DNA of 43,631 nucleotides. It comes from Candidatus Velthaea sp. Its GTDB lineage: Bacteria; Vulcanimicrobiota; Vulcanimicrobiia; Vulcanimicrobiales; Vulcanimicrobiaceae. Position numbers and translations under genes: made by a program. Position 1 is the stretch's first letter, and every line of letters starts with the position of its first letter. The stretch lies in NCBI GenBank assembly GCA_050012475.1, contig JBEKHC010000038.1:1-43631 (forward strand). The letters run 5' to 3'. Positions 38,077 to 43,631 of this stretch are shown in pieces. The notes beneath the pieces were generated by a model. The model did no database searches. It worked only from the letters and a program-made list of their open reading frames with translations, and was not told where the DNA came from.

Positions 38077-38108
38077 TTCATCAGGCCTTCACCGGTGACT
38101 CCTACATT
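38077..38108 (+). promoter_or_regulatory. TTCA-N7-TTCA direct-repeat box plus -10 (TACATT); probably leaderless
   Basis: ttca-tcaggcc-ttca, 11 nt, tacatt, ttaggt, ATG. Confidence 0.55.
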
Positions 38109-38114
38109 TTAGGT

Positions 38115-39026
38115 ATGGCACTCGTATTGTCTCGCATTTTGCTTGCATACGATGACTCCGCCGGTTCACGTGTCGCGTTGCAGTACGCTTGCGCGCTCGC
38201 GGGAACGGGTGCGGCCCTCGCTGTCGCACATGCGTCAAAAGAAACGAACTTTGTCGCTTCGGCCGCGATGGCCGGCGCTTTTCCTCCCATCGATCCGTCC
38301 GCGATGATCGCGGCGGTCGACGAGCAGGGCGATTTGGTACTCAAAGCGGCTCTTGCCGCATGCGCGGCCCACGGCATCAAGGCGGAGAAGATCTTCGTGC
38401 ACGATTCCCCCGGCGAGGGCATCGTCGCTGCCGCTCAAAAAATGAAGCCCGATATCATCATCGTTGGAACGCATGGTCGCCGCGGGCTGGCGCGAACGAT
38501 CTTGGGCAGCGTCGCCGAACGCATTCTCCGAACCGTCGGCGTGCCGGTGCTCGTCGTTACGCGCCATGCCAAGCCGCCGCCAAAGGAACGCGCCTTTGCG
38601 CGCGCGCTCGTCGCCGTCGACGATTCCGAGCACGCGAAGACGGCGCTTGCGTTTGCCGTGCAGCTTGCCAAACGGTTAGGGACGCGTCTGACCCTTTGCA
38701 GCGTGGTCGACTTGAGCGGTTTAGAAGCAACGCCGGCGGGTGTCTATTCGTACGAGCCGAGCCTTCATACCGCCGCCGTCAATCTTTCGCGGTGCGTGAA
38801 GTCGACGACGGGTCTGGGGCCGTTCCTCGACGATGAAGTCGTCATCAAAGGCGAACCGTCAGCGGCGATCGAGCACACCGCGATGCAGCGCAACTGCGAC
38901 CTCATCGTCGTCGGCAGCCACAGCCGTCAAGGCCTGCGGCGTGCCCTCGAAGGCAGCGTCGCCGAAACGCTGGCGCGGACGAGCGCGGTGCCCGTTCTGG
39001 TCGTCCCCACGCAGCACGCCGCCTGA
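38115..39026 (+). CDS. Tandem-domain universal stress protein (paralog of 21215-22141)
   Basis: RILLAYDDS...GTHGRRG...GSVAE; second domain AIEHTAMQRNCDLIVVG. Confidence 0.93.
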   Translation: MALVLSRILLAYDDSAGSRVALQYACALAGTGAALAVAHASKETNFVASAAMAGAFPPIDPSAMIAAVDEQGDLVLKAALAACAAHGIKAEKIFVHDSPGEGIVAAAQKMKPDIIIVGTHGRRGLARTILGSVAERILRTVGVPVLVVTRHAKPPPKERAFARALVAVDDSEHAKTALAFAVQLAKRLGTRLTLCSVVDLSGLEATPAGVYSYEPSLHTAAVNLSRCVKSTTGLGPFLDDEVVIKGEPSAAIEHTAMQRNCDLIVVGSHSRQGLRRALEGSVAETLARTSAVPVLVVPTQHAA

Positions 39027-39092
39027 GGACGCCCGAAAAGCGACATCCGCACGGTCGGTTTTCGCTGTCCGGCTGAAGAAGGCGTCGCCGCC

Positions 39093-39560
39093 GTGAACGA
39101 TGAGCAACCACCGCTGCGAGCCGGCCTCTGGGCCGCAACGTTATTGCTGCTGCTCGCCGCTTGCGGCGGAGGCGACAGCGGATTCGGGGTCAGCGGATCG
39201 TGCGCGCCCCCGGCCGGCACGCGTACGGCGCTGGTGTATCCGGCTCCCGGTTCGCGTGGAATCCCCGATGACTTCGGCTTGGTGATTTTGGGCAGCACGG
39301 CGGCGTTGCCCCCGACGTATCAAGTGCACGTCGTCAGCAGCGCGCGGCAAGCCCTGTTGTTCGAAAACATGAGCCCGGCACCGCATCCGCTGCCGGTGCC
39401 CAACACGCCCGCGCCGTTTGCCGATCCGGTATATCAGTCCAGCGCCAATCCCGGTCAGACGTTTGCCGCCGGGACGACGGTCAGCGTCTATCTGAACAAC
39501 GAAAACGGCAGCAGTTATTGCCTGGCGACGTTGCTCCTCGGTTCATTCGCAGTGCGTTAG
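39093..39560 (+). CDS. Hypothetical lipoprotein
   Basis: Lipobox LLAAC followed by GGG. Confidence 0.7.
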   Translation: MNDEQPPLRAGLWAATLLLLLAACGGGDSGFGVSGSCAPPAGTRTALVYPAPGSRGIPDDFGLVILGSTAALPPTYQVHVVSSARQALLFENMSPAPHPLPVPNTPAPFADPVYQSSANPGQTFAAGTTVSVYLNNENGSSYCLATLLLGSFAVR

Positions 39561-39787
39561 GCGACGCGCTCCGCTCAAGCGACCGCCGCCCGACTCGGAG
39601 TCGGCATCGGCGCGGCTGGACGACGCGCCCCGCCTTCGGAGTGGGCCGGTTCTCCGGAGTGCCGGCGAAGTGTTTCCTTACGGGCGTCGTCGAAGTTTTC
39701 GCAGCGAGGGCCGGGAATGAGTAGAGAGTGGTTTTCGCGGGCCGAATAACGCCGTCCGCGCGGCGGAGATGATTGGTCCAACGAGAA

Positions 39788-42210
39788 TGAGCAGCGCAAA
39801 CCGCGCGCTGTCAGCCCGGCAAGCCCAGGTTGCGGAACTGATCGCACGCGGTAGGTCGAATCGCGAGATTGCCGCGACCCTGTCGTTGAGCGGGCGGACC
39901 GTCGAGGCGCACGTCGCGGCGGTGTTCAACAAGCTGAATGTGCGCTCACGAACGGAGCTCGCGGCGGCGGTCTTGCGGGCGGCCTTCGAGCGCGCGCCGC
40001 AGCGCAGCAGAACGAATCTGCCATTTCAAGTGAATCGCCTCATCGGACGCGAGCCCGAGATTGCGCACCTCACCGGCCTGCTCTCGGACGAACGGTTGGT
40101 GACGGTGACTGGTGCCGGCGGGGTCGGCAAAACGAGCACGGCGCTTGAAGTGGGCGGCATGCTGCTGGATCGTGAGGACGCCGGAGTGTGGTTGGTCGAG
40201 CTCGCTCCATTGCGCGACGGGTCGCTGGTTGCAGCGACTCTTGCCCGAACGCTCGACGTACGAAAGGACGCGAACCGGCCGCTCCTCGATACCATCGTCG
40301 CGCACCTCAGGCAGCAGACGACACTGCTGATCCTCGACAACTGCGAGCACGTGATCAAGGATGCCGCGGTCATCGCGAGCGCCTTGATACGCGGGTGTCC
40401 GGGGCTGCGGATCCTTGCGACGAGCCGGGAACCGCTCCGAATCGCCGGCGAGCACACCCGCCGCCTGCCGTCCCTGAGCGTTCCGGAACCCGACGCGGTG
40501 CGACGACTCGCTGCGAGCGACGCCGTCAAGTACGCTGCGGTCGAACTTTTCGTCGAGCGCGCCACCGCCGCCGACAACCGCTTCGTGCTAACGGACGAGA
40601 ACGCGCCGGCGGTGGCGGACATCTGCCGTCGCCTTGACGGTATTCCGCTGGCGATCGAATTGGCCGCAGCGCGGATTCGAATTCTGAACCCCAAACAATT
40701 GCGTGAACGGCTCGACGAACGGTTTCGCGTTCTCACCGCGGGAAGTCACGATGTGCTCGCGCGACATCAGACATTGCGCGCGCTCTTCGACTGGAGCCAC
40801 GACCTGCTCGACGTGCGCGAACGAGCGCTCTTCCGGCGGGTCGGCGTGTTCGTCAACGGCTTCACCCTCCCGGGGGCGGTCGCGGTCAGCAGCGATGACG
40901 ACCTCGACGAACTCGACGTGTTGGATTTGCTCGCATCGCTCGTCGACAAATCGCTGGTGCTGACCGATCCGGACGGCGAGGCGCCACGCTATCGGATGCT
41001 CGAGTCGACGCGGGCCTATGCGCGCGAAAAGCTGGCAGCGGCGGGTGAGCTTTCCGCCTCGCTCGTTCGTCATCGGCGCTACCTGCGCGATCTTTTCGTA
41101 AGCACGCAAATGCGGGTTGACGGGTCCGGGCGCACGACCGAGATCGATGCGCTGCTGGTCGCCGAGCTCGAGGACGTGCGCGTCGCTCTTGACGCGGTCG
41201 CCGGCACCGCCGAACAGGAGCTGGCGGCTGAGTTGCTCGCTTCAATCGACAACCGATGGTTGTGGATCGGTTTGGTCAGCGAGGGCTGCTCGCGCTTGGA
41301 GCGCTGTATCTCGCGGATGACGACCGGGCAAGGGCGACTGACGTCTCGGCTCTGGACCGCATTTGCGCGAACGGTGACGGCGGATGGCGCGCGGGCGCAC
41401 GAGGCGGCGGCCATGGCCGTCGGCCTTGCGCGCGACGCGAACGATTCGGACACGCTGGCTCAAGCGCTGACGATGTACGCAGATTCACTTGCTCGCCCCA
41501 ACGCGAGCGCGTACGAGAACGCAGCGGCGGCGCTCACGGAGGCGGAGGCACTTGCATCGGCCCAGAACGTGTGGCTGCGCCTCAGAATCCTTCGCGTGCG
41601 CGCGAATCTTTCCAGATACTCGGGCAATCTCAGTGCCGCTGCCCAGGCCTACGAACAGTTGCGGCAGACCCATTCACTGCTCGGCAATGTGTATGAAGCG
41701 CACGTCCTTGCGATCGTGCTCGCCGAAGTCGAGCACGAACGCGGGCAAACGGAGAAAGCGGTAGTGCTCTTGCAAGAGGCGCTGCCCGCTCTGCGCGCCG
41801 ACCGCTTCCGCGAATCGCTGCTGCTGGATGCGCTCGCCGGTTTGTGCGGCTATCTCGTTGCGCTCGACCGGCTGTCGGAAGCGCGTGCCGTTGCGCGCGA
41901 GGCCATCGGCAAGAACGCCGAGCATGATGTCGACGAATTGAATACGACGATCGCGCTCGAGCATCTCGCTTTGGCTATTGCCCTCGATCGCGACGTTCGG
42001 CGCGGCGCCCAGTTGGCCGGTTTTACCGAAGCTGCTCTCAAACGCTCGAGATACGTGCCCGAATACTCGGCACGAATATCCCGAGCGCGGCTCGCAGCCC
42101 TATTTCGCGCGCGGCTCGCACCCGCCGAACGGGACGAGTTACTCGCTGCGGGCGCGGCGCTGTCTGCTAAAGACGCGGTCGCCCTTGCGCTTACGCATCT
42201 TGCCGAGTAG
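39788..42210 (+). CDS. N-terminal LuxR HTH + STAND NTPase + TPR-like helical transcriptional regulator
   Basis: LSARQAQVAELIARGRSNREIA...TVEAHV, GAGGVGKT, LILDNCEH, ATSRE, LDGIPLAIELAAAR; alternative start near 39769. Confidence 0.9.
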
Positions 42211-42324
42211 CACGCGGCACCGCGCGTTCGACTTGGATCGGGCGCGTCATCTCGCCAGCGCTTCATCTCAGCGTGCACGTGAGTCGCACGGCGTCTTCCG
42301 CGCGGCCGCTTTCAAATGGAGCTT

Positions 42325-43631
42325 ATGCCGTTGTCAACGAACAGGCTTTTCTTTTTACGCTCGGCGGTGGCCGGCTCGCTTGCCGCGATGCTCGCGGCTT
42401 GCAGCGGCGGCGGGTCGACCTCCGTTCCCTCCGCGGTTGCCCCCGGCCAGACGGGAACTGCGGCTACATCGCGCTCGTCGGCCCTGATGGTCTCGGCGTC
42501 GAGCACGAGCGCAGTGGTTCCGCAGTGGAAACATCAATGCGGACTCGATCGCAAGCACTGCATCGCGCGCGTTCTTCTTATCAGCATCGACGGCATGCAC
42601 GGCGTCGATTTGACGAAGTTCGTCGCAAACCACCCGAGCAGCGCGCTTGCAAAGCTGTCGCGGACGGGCGTGACGTATGCGAACGCGCACGCACCGGTTC
42701 CGACGGACTCCTTCCCGGGCTTGCTCGCACTGACGACCGGGGGCCACCCGGCATCGACCGGCGTCTATTATGAGGTTTCCTACGATCGCAGCTTGTACCC
42801 GCCGCACTCGAATTGCGCCGGTGTACCCGGAACGGTGGTAGCGATGGACGAGACGATCGATATCGATTCGACGAAAATCGACGGCGGAGGCGGCATCAAC
42901 GAGGCCAGCCTCACGCAGCAACTCGACCACGGCGCCTGCAACTACGTCTATCCGCATAATTACTTGCGCGTCAACACGATCTTCGAGGCGATTAAGGCGC
43001 ACGGCGGTCGCACCGCCTGGAGCGACAAAGAGCAGAGCTACGAGATGCTCAATGGGCCGTCCGGCAAAGGCGTCGACGATTTTTACAATCGTGAGATCGC
43101 TGCCGGTGGGACGACGTCATCGCTGCCGGCGACCGAGGCTTACGACGACACGAAAGTCGCCGCGATCATCAATGAAATCGACGGAAAAACCGCGCGCGGC
43201 GTCGCGGGCGTGGGCGTGCCCGCTATTTTCGGCATGAACTTCCAGGCCGTCAGCGTCGGCCAGAAGCTGCTCCATTTCGACGGCGCAAACGGCGCGCGCG
43301 ACGGCTATGAAGATGCGTCCGGCACCCCGACACCGGAGTTGGAGCAGGCCATCGAACACACCGATGCCTCCATCGGCTCGTTTGTCAACGAACTACGAAA
43401 GAACGGACTGACGGAGTCGACTCTGCTCGTCATTAGCGCAAAGCACGGGCAAGCTCCAATCAATTACGCGTTGCGCCGCGGTATCGATCCCGGTACCAGT
43501 TTTAGTGCGCTGTTGAAATCGAACGGTTTCGCGTCTGCTACGACCGACGATCTGGCACTGCTGTGGCTCAATCACCCCATCGCGAACCTCGACGATGCGC
43601 GCACCAAGCTCGAAGCGCTCAGCTTCAAGAG
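42325..43631 (+). CDS. Alkaline phosphatase superfamily (nucleotide pyrophosphatase/phosphodiesterase-like) lipoprotein, truncated by the window end
   Basis: Lipobox MLAAC, VLLISIDGMH, TDSFPG, NFQAVSVGQK, ISAKHGQ; open to the window end so missing from the ORF track. Confidence 0.85.
   Translation, partial: MPLSTNRLFFLRSAVAGSLAAMLAACSGGGSTSVPSAVAPGQTGTAATSRSSALMVSASSTSAVVPQWKHQCGLDRKHCIARVLLISIDGMHGVDLTKFVANHPSSALAKLSRTGVTYANAHAPVPTDSFPGLLALTTGGHPASTGVYYEVSYDRSLYPPHSNCAGVPGTVVAMDETIDIDSTKIDGGGGINEASLTQQLDHGACNYVYPHNYLRVNTIFEAIKAHGGRTAWSDKEQSYEMLNGPSGKGVDDFYNREIAAGGTTSSLPATEAYDDTKVAAIINEIDGKTARGVAGVGVPAIFGMNFQAVSVGQKLLHFDGANGARDGYEDASGTPTPELEQAIEHTDASIGSFVNELRKNGLTESTLLVISAKHGQAPINYALRRGIDPGTSFSALLKSNGFASATTDDLALLWLNHPIANLDDARTKLEALSFK

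Noticed and set aside
38048..38105. Fluoride riboswitch-like words (GGCGGCGAGGCCCGC ... TGACTCCTAC) upstream of USP2
   Set aside because: The conserved GATG is absent, the pseudoknot strands GAGGCC/GACTCC mismatch twice, and the segment is better explained as promoter DNA of a leaderless gene

Overview
GC-rich bacterial chromosomal segment. The gene styles are reminiscent of soil Eremiobacterota/Vulcanimicrobiota, but that assignment is only an impression. The left end has a degenerate ~25-bp tandem repeat, a (CAGCG)6 microsatellite and a tRNA-Thr(CGT) gene with an 8-bp T-arm duplication. About 140 bp downstream lies a duplicate tRNA 3' half, and between the two sit arm-like direct repeats, which looks like an integrase-less mini-island. 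Next come an orphan ORF, an AroY/UbiD gene scrap, an NDH-2-type oxidoreductase, a sugar ABC-ROK-LarA-like-DUF190-enolase run and a Liv-type ABC operon. After that are a CHAD gene, divergent stand-alone ATP-grasp and GNAT genes, two paralogous tandem-USP genes, several small stress or membrane genes and an AAA+ ATPase. The right part holds an RND-GH130-MFS cluster, a PQQ-type beta-propeller, a LuxR-STAND regulator and a truncated alkaline-phosphatase-superfamily lipoprotein. The best candidate for an undescribed system is a shared PhoP/OmpR-style promoter motif (TTCM-N7-TTCA, 11 nt, -10 hexamer) upstream of both USP genes, the GNAT gene and the CHAD unit. No CRISPR array, intact integrase or transposase was seen. 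All family calls come from motif recognition by eye, not database searches.
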